A DNA stretch of 64,000 bases from Phoronis australis (taxonomy: Eukaryota > Animalia > Phoronida). Within the stretch, counting starts at the first letter, position 1; each line of letters begins with the position of its first letter. The stretch covers positions 443,140-507,139 of the forward strand of contig NMRA01000041.1 in the NCBI GenBank assembly GCA_002633005.1, read 5' to 3'. This document shows positions 13,021-25,332 of the stretch, piece by piece. The notes under the pieces were generated by a model. That model did no database searches, was not told where the DNA came from, and worked only from the letters and a program-made list of their open reading frames with translations. The translations under genes were made by a program, and so were the position numbers.

Positions 13021-15676
13021 ACAGTGAAAAGGCCAGAAAAGGCCAGTGGAGGCCATTGGAGGACAGCAGGATACCAGCAGAGGCCAGCGTAGAACAGCAG
13101 ATGCCAGCGGTAGCCACCAGAGGGTAATGAAGACCAGCGCATTTCCGAGGAGGCACATGGATCACCGCGGAGGCCCGTCGCGGACCGTGTAGGCCCGCGG
13201 AGCACCATGGAGGCCCGGTGGAGGCAAGTGGATGCCAATATGGGCCAGTTGAAACCAGTGGAGGCCAGCTGAGAGAAGTTGAGGCCAGTGGAATCCCATG
13301 GAAGCCAGGGGAGGCCCGTGGGGACCCGTGGAAACCTGTGGAGGCGGCGGAGGCCAGCGGAGGCCCGTGGAGGTTACCGGAGGCCCGTTTAGCCCAGCGG
13401 GGGACAAAAGGAGCCAGTAGGGGGACCAGCGGGGGCCAGAAGGGCCAACAAGGACCAGCGGGTATCGGCGTGGGTCTGCTGGTGTATGCGGGGGCCAGCA
13501 AGTTCCAGAGGGGAAGAGTGGGGGCCAGCGGGGTCCAGAGGAGGCCAGTGGGGGCCAGCATTGGGCAGCGAATGCTAGCAGGGGCCAGCGGAGGCCAGCG
13601 GGGGGCAGCCGGGCCAGTGGTTGATAACGGGGCCAGCGGGGGACAACGGGGCAAGAGGGAGCCAGCGGGGGTCATTTGTTGCCAGCACAGGTCAGCGGAG
13701 GCCAATAGAGGCCAGTCGAAACTAGTAGACTTCAGTATAGGCCAATAAGGGGCAGTGGAGGCCCGTGGTAACCATTGGAGTCCAGTGGAGGCCCGTGGTA
13801 ACCATTGGAGTCCAGTGGAGGCCCGTGGTATCCATTGGAGGCCAGTGGAGGCCATTGGATGGAAGAGGAAGGCCGCTGAAGACCAATGTAGGTCACTCGA
13901 GTAAAGTGGAGGCCAGAGGAGGCCAGTGGTTGACAGTCGAGACCAGTGGAGGCCATTGGGCGCCAGGGGAGGCTAGGGGAGGCCAGTGGAGTCCAATAGT
14001 GGCTAGTGGAGGCCAGTGGAGGTCAGATGAGGCCAGTGGAGGCCAGTGGAGTCCACTAGTGGCCAGTGAAGTCCAGTGGAGGTGTGTTAATGCCAGCAGA
14101 GGCCAGTTGAGGTTAATGAAAGCCATTGGAGTAAAGTGGAGTCTAGTTGAGGCCATTAGAGTCCAGCAGAGGCCAGTGGAGGCCATGGGGGGCAAATGGA
14201 GGCCAGTGGAACCCACTGGAAACCAATGAAAGACACTGAATGCCAGTGGATGCGAATGGAGGTGAGTGGAGGGCATCGGAGGCCATCAGAGGCCAACAGT
14301 TGCATGTCCAGTCCAGCAAATACTAGCGGATACAAGAGGATGCTAGCGTAACCGAGCGGAGGCGAGCAGAAGAGAGCGGAGGCCAAAAGTTTCCAGCGGA
14401 GGCCAGCGGATTCAATCGAAGCCAGTTGAGGCCATTGGAGGGCAGCGGTTGCTAATGAGAGCCAGTGGAGTCCATTACAGGCACGTGGAGGCCTTGGGGT
14501 CCCGTGGAGGCCAATGGGGGAATTTTGAATCCAGTGGAGGCCAGTGTAGGCCAGCGGCGGACCGTCAAGGCCAGTGGTGGACTGCGGAGTCCATTGGAGG
14601 CCAGATGAGGCCCGCGGTGGCCAGCAGAGTCCTACGGACGAAAGAGGAGGCCCAAAGGAGGCCGGCGTAGCTGAGGGGATTCGAGCAGAAGCGAGCGGAG
14701 GCCAGCGGATCCCAGCATGTTCTACATGTAGCTAAGGCCATCGGTTTCCAGCGGAACCCAGAGGAAACCAGGGGAGGACAGCAGGCGTCATAGTAGCCCA
14801 GCGGAAGACAGCAGAGGGCAGCGGAGGCCAGTGAAGGCGACTGGAGGCAAGCAGAAGCGAGCGGCGTCCAGTGGAGTTCAGCGGAGTCCAGCGGAGGCCA
14901 GCGGAGGCCACTGGATGCTAATGGAGGCAAGTGGGGGCCGGTGAAGGCAAGTCATCGCCATTGGGGGCCAGTGAATGCCTTGAAGTCCAGAGGAGGGCAG
15001 TGCAGGCCATAGTTGGCCAGTAGAGGGCGGTGAAGGAAAGTGGAGGCCAGTGGAGACCACTGGAGGCCACTAGAGGTCAGTGAAGGCCAGAGGAGGCCAC
15101 AGGATACCGGTGGTGGCAAGTAGAGTCCAGTGGAGGCCATTGGAGTTCAGTGGAGGTCAGTGGAGGCCAGTGGATGCCTGTGGAACCCACTGGAATCCAG
15201 TGAAATGCACTGGGGCCCAGGGGATGCGAGTGGAGATGAGTGGGAACGATTGGAGGCATTTGGAGGCCAGAGGAATCCAGTTGAGGCCATTGGGGGTCGT
15301 GGAGGCGAGCGGAGGCCGGTGGTCTCCAGTGGAAGTCATTTGACCCGGTGGAGGCTAGTGGAGGCGAGAGGAGGTGAATGGAGGCGAGTGGAGGTGATTG
15401 GAGGTCAATGAGACCCTTGGACGCCATTGGAGGCTGTTGGAGGCGTTAGAGGCCAATGAAAGCCATTGGAGACCAGCAGAGGCTGGCGAAGTCCAGCGGA
15501 GGCCAGCGGAGGCAGCGGAGGCTAGTGGAAACCAGCTGAGGCCAGCAGAGGTTGGCGCATACCGGCAAAAGCCGGCGGAGGCCGGTGGAGGCTATCGGAG
15601 GCCCGCGGAGACCAGTGGAGGCCAGTGGAGGCCAGTTTTGGCCAGTGGAGGACAATGGAGACTAGTGGAGGCCAGG
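13021..15676. repeat. Decamer minisatellite block 2 (GGCCAGTGGA, ~2.65 kb), same orientation as block 1
   Basis: The same 10-mer resumes immediately after the LINE 3' end. Includes a near-perfect 30-bp triplication at ~13755-13850. Confidence 0.96.
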
Positions 15677-17063
15677 GTATTTGATTTAAAAACAATTCCT
15701 GATAGCATTTAGGAGAAGAGTACACAAAGAATATTTTGGAAACACTTTATCACGTTCATTCCGACATCTATTTGGTCACATCATGTGAACTATTGAATGT
15801 AAATCCGAAGTCCTGAGTCAGGTTGGATTTTTGCGCTTGACCAGTGATCCCGATGGCTCAGTGGCTTTAGCGTCTGTACGGTTCTGGGTTCGAGTCTCGG
15901 TCGGGGGAGAAATCTCTGCGAACTTATGCTCATTGGGTCACGTGATGTAACCAAAAAGATGGGGATTGAACGAGATAAACTGCATGCAACATTCCTCACT
16001 GAGCACGATACATGTATAATTATACACTCATAACGCATAACCGAAATTTTCCTTTGTATCCAATCAGCGGTTTTTGAGATATGGTGTTCCGTGGAATTTT
16101 TCATGGTCCTACGTGAGTACCGAGGGTTTTCTTTCAACTGGTACTATAAGTACCCGAGATGAACACCTAAGTCAGAATGCTTGTTCTAACCTGTAGTAGC
16201 TTTGAAACGTTCATATACGATGATCGACCAACTTGTAATTCATTAGTACCAATGTGGAGCCAGTGGTGTTGGGGTGGTGACGACCACGGTGTCATGATCC
16301 CTGCCAATTTTTGCCTGACAATCCACAGAAATCGCAAAAACCACATTTTCCGAGTAAAAATGAAATTTAACACAGGTGGTATTAGGTGGGCCTAAGGGAA
16401 TCCCCTTTATTGGGGTTACGCAAACATTCTTTATTCAAACACCTTGCTGTCTCTCTTGCTATAATCAAGATCTGCCTACGTTTAATAGCATGCAGTGAAT
16501 GAATGTAAAATGTCCCTTAATTTATGATCATGGGATTGCCCCTCTAGCTACTCGGAATTCGCACTAGCAAGACAGGCGTGATCATCAGAGATACAGGATC
16601 CAGAGAGTACTAACTAGACACTCTCGTTTTGTCATGTAAAAACGTGTATCTGCAATTTGACAGAATTGAGAACCAGCAATCCGAGAACCTACATGTACAT
16701 TAGTTAATAAAACTGATTAATTAGTCATGCTGGGAAGTGATCACACTGAAAAGCACCTACATGTATAGTATTTCAATGCGAGTGTGACGACTAAGTATTT
16801 TTCTGATTGAGGGGCCAGTGAAGGAGCGCTCGCTTTTTGTTAGTCACAAAGTGGATGATAGCCATATCAACGTCGCTTAAACTGCACCATATAAATTCAG
16901 TGTGTTTGTTATTCAGTTTAAGAAAATTTTACATTAAGTACCAAAAATACAACAATGTGATGTCAATTCGAGCAATTAATTGAGAATTACAATCTTGTGA
17001 AAGGAAGTTTGCCAACGATCGAAGTGTAACAGCCATTGGCCATTTCAAAGTGCTCAAAGTTTA
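15677..17063 (+). repeat. ~1.35 kb dispersed repeat, copy A (inverted copy at 25333-26672)
   Basis: Collinear reverse-complement similarity along its length (e.g. tttgccaacgatcgaagtgtaacag, ggggttacgcaaacattc, tttaggagaaga) with moderate divergence. Confidence 0.88.
15846..15908 (+). other. tRNA-derived sequence (A/B boxes) enclosed by ~55-bp inverted repeats
   Basis: A box TGGCTCAGTGG and B box GGTTCGAGTC; anticodon arm partly deleted. Flanking IRs at ~15746-15795 and ~15932-15979. Confidence 0.7.
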
Positions 17064-17277
17064 GTGGTTTGATTGTTGTTCAAATAAAGTATTCTCGACA
17101 AAAGCGTCTCATGCATTTATACATAACGACCACTTTGATAGGCTTTCTGGCACTTTAATTGGACTATGACAATCAGTCAACGTACAATGGTGACTAGAGC
17201 TATTGTTTCGCAATGCTATTGTGGTACGTAGCCCAAAATAATACAATCAAGTATGTAATATCCAGCAGCTTGCAAGA

Positions 17278-17344
17278 ATGAGTGTACCACAATCAGCTAC
17301 TTTGAGTTTGCTTATTTTTCAATTAATTTCAAAAGTCAGATCAG
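17278..17344 (+). CDS. Putative exon 1 (signal peptide) of a secreted Sushi/C-type lectin protein
   Basis: MSVPQSATLSLLIFQLISKVRS, then donor CAG|gtatgt in phase 1, in frame with the next exon. Confidence 0.6.
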
Positions 17345-17706
17345 GTATGTTGGAGCTTTCTCAGTCCTGGAATCATTTTTTTATTTGAGTAAAGTACAAG
17401 CTGAGGTCAAATACATGTGGTCTAAATCACTAAATGTAACTGAGATAATTATTTATAATTTGACGCATTTGTTAAACTTGAAACGGTTTTTCTTCCCCGA
17501 ATTTAAGCATTAAACTGAACGCTATTTATCAATTTTTGTTGTGATAGTTTACTCCTAGTTTTAATAATGGAATTTGGGAAATGTTAATCTACATGGCAAA
17601 AATTAAACTCTAAAAAATTGTGATGGGATTTTATTGCTCAAGTTGCGTAATTTGCATAGTATAAGTCACCGTTTTGTATATTAATGTGACCTTGAAATGG
17701 TTCCAG

Positions 17707-17952
17707 AAACATGTAAGGGAAGCGTACTGACGATTCCGAAAAACGCCGAAGAGTTATACACATTTTTTCACCCAACGCGCGACATCGTAATCACAGAATT
17801 TATGTGTAAGTTTGCACACTTAACAATGGATAACACAGATGAAGACATACTCAGAAAAGATATGTACAATCATAACAGTATGATAGTAAAGAACCGTTGT
17901 GAAGACGGCATCTGGATGCACGATCCAACATCTTTGCCACCATGCTACCCAA
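17707..17952 (+). CDS. Exon 2: Sushi/CCP-like domain
   Basis: ttccag acceptor and a|gtgagt donor give a symmetric phase 1-1 exon of 246 bp. Pattern C..P.NA...F.C...RC.DG.W...P.C. Confidence 0.72.
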
Positions 17953-18070
17953 GTGAGTAAGGGATGACTTGCTTATCCGAACACCTCCATTACCAACCCC
18001 CAGTTTTTGGGTATATGTATTTCCTTGTACGGCGGAAAAGTGCATGTTTTATTTTAGTATTTAAAGAGGC

Positions 18071-18490
18071 ATGGAACGTGAAATGTTGTATATGTATTCT
18101 GAGGAATTGAAATACTATAGAAAATTAGGAGAAACACTGACAACAAAAGGCGGTTGGATATTTCATAGGGCACGAATAGTTATTCCAAAAAAATTTCGAA
18201 AACAAGTGTTAGATTTGCTTCATATTGGCCATTTTACGATGCAAAGAATTAATCAACTTGCACGGACTGTAGTTTACAGGCCCCACATTGACAAAGATAT
18301 TAAAGAATTTGTGGGTCTTTTTTACGTCTTGTGGTGAACATCAGAACAAACCACCAAAATCGGCTATTCATCCGTGGATGTTAACAGAAAACCCATTGCG
18401 CCGTGTTCAAGTTGATCATGCAATCAATTTTTGAGGCCAACGGGTTGGTCATGTTAGATGCGTATTCGAAGTACCTGTGTATACATCCAT
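18071..18490 (+). mobile_element. Gypsy/Ty3 integrase fragment (zinc-binding region and start of catalytic core), decayed, in an intron
   Basis: RIVIPKKFRKQVLDLLHIGH...LARTVVY.P.IDKDI, then frameshifted HQNKPPK...HPW...RVQVDHA...DAYSKY. Confidence 0.88.
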
Positions 18491-19286
18491 TCTTCCAAAC
18501 ATAACGATTCCAAAGAAAGGCATGGAAGCATTCAGTTTGGGATCAAATGGGCTAGTCTCGGCGGCTGGCTTCGCGTTAAAAGAATACTAAACCTTTTCTT
18601 GATGATTTTAACCAACCCTTGTGCTGTCACCTGCTAATGCATCAGTTAATAGATCAGACAGGAATCAACTAGACACTCATACTTCCTATGTCACAGATTA
18701 GACATTTTGGTCCTTGGCGGGAGGTCTTGGCCCACAGTTGCCGTGTAAATCACTAAAAACGTTGGTCACGTTTGCCCGTTTAGCAGACTTATAGTTCCTT
18801 TCGACTTTTCCTTCATATTTTGTTTCTGAGAATTGTATGATAAATTCGTTTTAGTATCTGTTAATAGGCCAAACCAGGTTTAGTTCCTTTTTAACCAACA
18901 AGTTAATTCGCAGATTTTGTTACATTTGCAGATCATCTGTATAACTGCACGTTGCTTTTCAAATTAGAAAAACTTCAGCACAACTCTGCCTTTCAGTGCC
19001 ACACTTGCATAAACATTTTGGCAGAATTATTTGAAAGTTTATTCAAAACTTTGTCGCAGTAAAATAGCAGGATATTTATTGAATTTTTGTAAAACTTAAG
19101 TTGGTTTCAGTACGCCTAGCTGGTTGTTGTCTACATTGTATTTATGCAATGGACATGGTCAGTGAGTTGTGGAGATCTTGATACTGAGATTTTGGTGGAA
19201 TTTTTGCTAGAAATCAAAGGGATCCCAGTACGAAATCAAATAGTCTTTTTGATGTTCTGTGACCCTGTACTTTGGCAGTGAAGTTA

Positions 19287-21274
19287 AGGAGAATGCCACC
19301 CAAAAGCAACCTAGTTTGCATCAGTTTAGATTGACTAGTTCCACTCGATAACAGCAAGTACAGTTCTTTCACCTGACAGCTGACGGCAGACGGAGGTGTT
19401 GAAATTAACCAATGACGTCAGAGGCTCGAATGTAGTCTGTTCAGCCTGTCCAATACATGCTCACTGGTGTCAGCTTATCGTTTGAATTCATCATTTTACA
19501 GCAATAAATCCTCAAAATTCGAAGTACCCACTCAAAAAATATATCGCGTTATTGAACAAACGTGTTATTTTATTTCGCTGTTACGGATTTATAGGTATTT
19601 GAAAGTACACAGTTCGGTAGGGCAATTTACTAAGGTCGGTCACGGGAATTTGGGTTCTGTTCGGTGATAAATTAAAATTATTCGTCTGTAAAATACAGAC
19701 AGGAGAACATAGCTGTGTGTTGTAATTTTAGACGCGATTTTTTCCGTTCTGAAGACACAAAACGGTTGCTATCTCGGCCAGTGGCTCGGAACCCGGTCAA
19801 GCACACTGATCGCGGCCGGACTGAAGACATCACGAACATTAACCAAAGTTGGAAAGTAAACTTTCACTCACGAAAAGAATATACTACTGATCCAAAAAAG
19901 GGTGCACGTGATTATTTTGGTGAATTAGCAGCAAAACTACAAATCTACTTACTAGCTCATCGGGGCCGCGAAATCAGGTTACCCTTCCTCAGAACCGTCA
20001 GGGCAAAAGTTGCATAATAACAATGATTCGAGTACTGTATATGAATACCTAAATAAAGATTCCCCTAACATCTGAGCATAGAAAATAAAATCGAGTTAGT
20101 GTTTCACAACAGCTCTCTGTCAGCAAACACTGAATTAGCACAAGCTCACACGGCCTCGGTGTCCGGTCAATTTACTCTATTGCATCTGAAACCGGCAACG
20201 CAGTGATTTATTCAGTGCTGGTTTCTCAAAACATTTGTACTCACGAACTCTTCAAAGCATTGCAAATTGTATCTAATGCGACAGACTTTGTTTCAATTTT
20301 ATATCAGCATCGGTAACGGTGAGACTACTTCAGGTTCAAACAGAGCGCACATCGTCAACGTTGCAACTCGCAATCCCTTAGACGAGTGGTTATCGACGAA
20401 GACTCCACAGGTGGATCGTTAGGTTTCACACGCTATCAGTTTCAACCGCGATACACTGATCAAGAAATAAAAAAGAAAGGCTCCGTGAACGTGCACAGAC
20501 AACGAAACATGTGGATATTTCCGAAAACCGTTCGAATGACTTGTCATGGTGTCAGTGAGCTAACTGCATGATAATGGAAACGATTGACGCCTGCGCTAAA
20601 TTTGCTGTCACAAAATTCCGCAAGTGAAACGCCTTATTGGAGAAACACAGATTTGTCTTCAGGACCATATCCTGGTTTTGCACTGCATCTAAACAGCGGT
20701 GTTCTTACTATTTTTAGGGCTGAGAAAAAAAAAACTGGGGGAAACATACTACACACAGAAGACCAAACAGAACACGAAGAAACCAGTCATCAGACAGGTT
20801 AAATAAAACGTTATTTTCTCACGCCTTGAATTCATTGTATGTTTATGTTTTCATGGCCAACTGCAATTCTCCAAAATCAAAAACTGATCAACACCCTGGC
20901 GATCCGACGAAATGCAGGCCACTGACAGACACGGAGAAATTTCATGGCCTTCATACTTGGTATTAACGGCTGACTTTTCATTCTTCACTAATACGAGCCA
21001 CTTCCGAAGCATTATGGGCCTTCGAGGAAATCGAAAAAAAAAGATTTACCAGATTTCCTCGCAGCTTCATAGTTCGCACAAGCGGGAACGATACATCACA
21101 CAATAGCGGCACTCACCCTGCAGAAGAACAATTTACATCGCTGCGTCGTTTCTCAATTTCCTCACAGGTCAACACGACACCTCTCGGCGAGGTAATATCT
21201 ACCGTATACGAGGTGATGTGGATATAGACCGATTAAGACGCAAAAAGACAAATTAAATCGGGTGGCATTCTCCT
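19287..21274. mobile_element. Non-autonomous Kolobok-type element in an intron
   Basis: Perfect 15-bp TIRs AGGAGAATGCCACCC / GGGTGGCATTCTCCT. TTAA on the right; the TTAA on the left overlaps the TIR by one base. Confidence 0.8.
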
Positions 21275-21384
21275 TTAAACCTATTTGTACTACCATTTCA
21301 ATTTACTTGCCATAAGTAAAAGGAAAACGTCCATTGCTAAGCGTGTTTGTTTCGGTCTGCTGACAAATATTAACATACATGTAT

Positions 21385-22622
21385 TAGTCAGGTTTGTTGT
21401 GTAATTTTGTTAGAATTTTTGAGCAAAGAGGGAACTATACATTTTTGGAAACCTCATGGAATGAAAAATAAGAAAAAATTGATTCCATTATTTTGACGGC
21501 TATCTTGGATTTTCAAAAATGGCGCTGGTAAAATGGATTTTGCCCAATATCTCCGCATTTGAGTCACTTAGAAAGTTGTTTTTATGGCTACACTTGTATC
21601 TCTCAGGTCACTGATTTGGAAATTTTATTGGCGGCCACCTTGGTGGCCATCTTGAATTTTTAAATATGGCACCCGTAAAATACATTTTCCTCAGTATCTT
21701 TGCTCTTGGGTCACTTAGAATGTTAGTTTTAATGGCTGCACCCACATTTTTCTGGTCAACAAATTTGAAAATGCAACTTATTATATGAGAAACATACTCA
21801 AATCCCCATTTATTAGCAGCCACATTTTTAAATGCATTCTTCATGTACTTCAACACATGATCACTATCTTACTTTCTTGTATAGTTTGTTCGGAGATTGT
21901 TTCTTTCAATACACTTTAACTAAAGCAATACCTAAACAACTTACTTACGTTTGAAGAACGCGAAAGTATATTTTTGTAGTGTCAATTGTCTTTCAAAACT
22001 TTGAAATGAGGCTATAGACCATTACTATAACCATCACTGTCACCAGGAATCACATCATCATCCCCTTTCTAACATTCTGCACTACAGTACAGCCACTGAA
22101 TTATTAGACTTCCTCCTGTCTACCTCCGGTCTGACTAGGCGTGACCGTAACCGGAGACAGACCGGAGAGTGGGGCGTGAATCAACCGTAAAAAACTAGCG
22201 TGAGCGCAAGCGTTACTCTGCCCGGAGCTTACCGTGAGTTAGGCGTGAACGAAGCACGAGGGGACCGTGAGTAAGGCGTGAGTCAAGCGTGAGCCATGCT
22301 TGAGTTTCCTTGCCATCTTTACAGTCAGGAAAATTGTAACTGCTATTTTCACTATGTAGCGCGATTAGAACAAAGTGCTGTGTCCTATTACAGAAAACGT
22401 TTCTCAGTGCTAGAATCATCTAGTAAACAACTGTAAGAACTTCGACAACATCGGTAAAAAATTTCCCTACAGTGTTTGCAGTATATATGGTACTGGTCAG
22501 CTATCTCAAGGCAACAATTCTATGTAACCATTACGCAATATAGTTTACTATATACATGTAGTTCCTACTTTCCCCCAAAAATTCAAACGAATGTCAAAAT
22601 TTGGATATAGTAAACCTGACTA
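21385..22622 (-). mobile_element. Internally deleted Academ-family element
   Basis: Termini TAGTCAGGTT...AACCTGACTA; flanks tat/cat. 21400-22085 is the reverse complement of the 3' part (33490-34180) of the larger element. Confidence 0.8.
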
Positions 22623-23220
22623 CATTTAAAGCAAAACACTTAAAGGAGACAATCATACATGTATCTTGTAAGTGTAAATGTATCAGCTGTATCCAATGTA
22701 TTCTTTCCAGATAACAATTCCCTTATACAGTTTTTAGTAAAATGTAGTTGCGGATATTTTAAAACGACGAGTGCGCTGGATATAAACGCGTATTCATAGT
22801 CATTGTTCCCGACATGTGCACCAATCCGTGAAACCTCATGAGTGTTAAAGATATCGCAGCTCGTCTTACTAAACATCTTCCTACAGGCATGTCAAAGGCT
22901 CAAGTACTGATAAGAGTGAGAGAACACTCCCAGGTACACGGGTACGCCTAATTTACAAGCTAAAGAGCTCACACATTAAGAATTACAATGAATCTCAACA
23001 AATACAGCGCAAACCATGGCCACGATGTATACAAAAACATATAAAACATATGGCGCAGTCATCGTTACAATATACTTTATGTTTATCAACCAAAAAGTAA
23101 ACCAGTTTGATATTCTCATTACAGACGATGTATTGCGTGATGTTTTATTAGTTATCATTTATCTCCGAAAGTTGTGCTTATAAGGGTTCTTCTTAGCTGA
23201 TGACTTGCTGACTTTTTCAG

Positions 23221-23480
23221 AGCGAAGCTGTGGTGGACAAAACTGGACCGATTACAACGACCACTGTTATTTTCTAAGTATCGGCAAGTCGTGGACAGAC
23301 AGTCGCCGAATGTGCTGGGGTGTAGGCGCGGACCTGGTGAAAATTGACGACAAGAGCGAGTTCGACTTCCTGCATCACTACATATCGACTAAATACCGTG
23401 ACATTTACAAGGACAATTGGCCTGCTTATAGTCATTTATTTGACTACGCATGGTTTTGGATCGGATTGAGTGATAAAGAG
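23221..23480 (+). CDS. Exon 3: C-type lectin domain, N-terminal half
   Basis: tttttcag acceptor (phase 1); CGGQNWTDYNDHCYF...SWTDSRRMC...ADLVKI...E...WFWIGLSDKE; donor gag|gtaagc (phase 0). Confidence 0.93.
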
Positions 23481-24042
23481 GTAAGCATCCCATTCACGAA
23501 ATCTAGATGAGTTGTAGTTAACGATCACATTTGAGAAGCAGTGTTTTTAGTTTTTGATTTCATTCTTCCTTAGTATTTTTGACATGCATAAAGAAATTGC
23601 TGTCTGAATTTAATGCAAGTAAACATTGCAAAATATCCATTATGTGAAAAGCAGAGTTATATACTCAGTATTTTGAATACGCAACTTCCAGATTCAATCA
23701 TGTGGCACTCAATAACATTATTTGACATTTTCTAACGATGTTAACTTCTCTCGCTTTTGGTACACTTAGGGACCCTAAAAATCTGTCTTATGCCATGTCA
23801 ACAAAACTTCTTTACTCAGATTACAAATGTTATCGAGATTGTAAAGAAACCGCAGTGGTTGAGAACAGAGTAAAAAATTGGCTCCACCCAGTTGGTCATT
23901 TTGTCCGTCGAGTATTTTATCGAGCAATAACCAAATCGGTGTCATTTCCATCCAAGCCCATGAAATCACTTCCTGCCCTCTTCTGTTTCTCCTTCCCATT
24001 ATCAGCCTAGTCAACTTTAGATTTAATGTGGCCACGTTCCAG

Positions 24043-24238
24043 CATAATGGGCAATGGAGATGGGTCAGCGATAACTCGACAGCTACCTTTACTAACTGGG
24101 CCACGGGTTACCCTAAGAACGGACATTATGGGATCTACGCAGCGATGAGTGTTCAACACGATTACAAGTGGCTAGATAAAGCAAATAACTTCGTTCCCCC
24201 AGCTCATCGAGTATTTATCAACAAAATTTGTGAAAGAG
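24043..24238 (+). CDS. Exon 4: C-type lectin domain, C-terminal half
   Basis: ttccag acceptor (phase 0); HNGQWRWVSD...FTNWATGYPK...KWLD...ICER; donor g|gtgagc (phase 1). Confidence 0.9.
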
Positions 24239-24618
24239 GTGAGCGAAGCCAGTGATGCTAAGAATTTAACATTACTAGACCGTATTACAGGGTACTAATT
24301 TCTTGATTGAAATTTATATTGCTAAAATTGTTGATGGAATAGCTGTGAACAGCTAGTGATTATCAGCAAAGGTTAAATTTATAATCGAAATTTCCAAGTT
24401 AAGTTTACTACATGATTAGTAAAGATGACCAGAACGTTGCCACAATCTTGATGACTGCGCGTTCTACTACGACCAGACCGCTAAATCCAGCACCGGCACC
24501 GGAATATGCAGCGTCACCGAAAAATCCTATGACCGGAAGACCAAGGTACAATGTGCAGGACCATGCAGTAGTCACACTTAATGAATCTGGTGGCCCTGGG
24601 TCAAATTTTTATTAGAGA

Positions 24619-25037
24619 CAGATGCTCGGTTGCATGAAACGGTTCCAAATGGGGACTCAACTAAGTGCTCTAAATTTACTGCGTTTTGTGGGTTTTTGAA
24701 AACATTGATTGTTATGTCTTATGCTGTTTGAGTCTCCTTACTAAGTCAATATTTTGCTTTAATACAAACTGAGAGTGAACTCTACGTTGAATTCTCAATA
24801 TCATTGAAAATAAGTAATGATCTTTTCGTGCAACGCGGCTAATTTAAGTACTAAGTCCCTAATTGTTTTGGCTGATTAAGGGCTCAATTTTTAGTTATGT
24901 TATTAGAAAATGCTTATAATCAAGACAAAATGATAGAACAAATACTACCTGTGTGCCTAAAGACCAAACGGATACGTAAAGTTTTAGGGAACTTAGTTGA
25001 GTCCCTATTTTGGACTGTTTCATACAACCGACCACTG
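24619..25037. mobile_element. MITE, PIF/Harbinger-like
   Basis: ~45-bp imperfect TIRs (tcggttgcatgaaacggttccaaatggggactcaac / gttgagtccctattttggactgtttcatacaaccga). Confidence 0.7.
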
Positions 25038-25332
25038 AGTTCCACTGCTGCGTGACTTCTGATATTGTACTTTGGGATGAAGTAGGTTGATATTCTTCCT
25101 GAACATGAAGCAGTTGTCTTTCCGATGATCAGCATATTCGTTCGGGAAATGAATGTTTTGAGGTCTGCAGTGTATGTATCTATACAATTGAAAATTCAAC
25201 GTGATCCGTTGCGAAATTGCCCTATACGACTCAGTACAAAGCTTTAGAAAATATTCACTTCTGGATTCCTCTTGTTATAAATGAGCGAATTAAAATGTGA
25301 CTCCAGAAATGTTTTGATTTTGAGAGACTGTG

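Noticed and set aside
2124-15725. Dozens of ORFs (up to 305 aa) rich in GGQWRPVEAS / PPLASTGLHW
   Set aside because: Artefacts of a stop-free 10-bp repeat. They overlap in all six frames, are broken by random stops and show no splice structure.
19715-20017. THAP-like remnant in the Kolobok element
   Set aside because: Only a vague FFR..D.KR resemblance; the CS.HF motif is missing.
22640-23158. Antisense mini-gene (hydrophobic ORF 22976-23158 plus ORF 22640-22876) in the lectin intron
   Set aside because: No recognisable domain and no convincing splice pairing.
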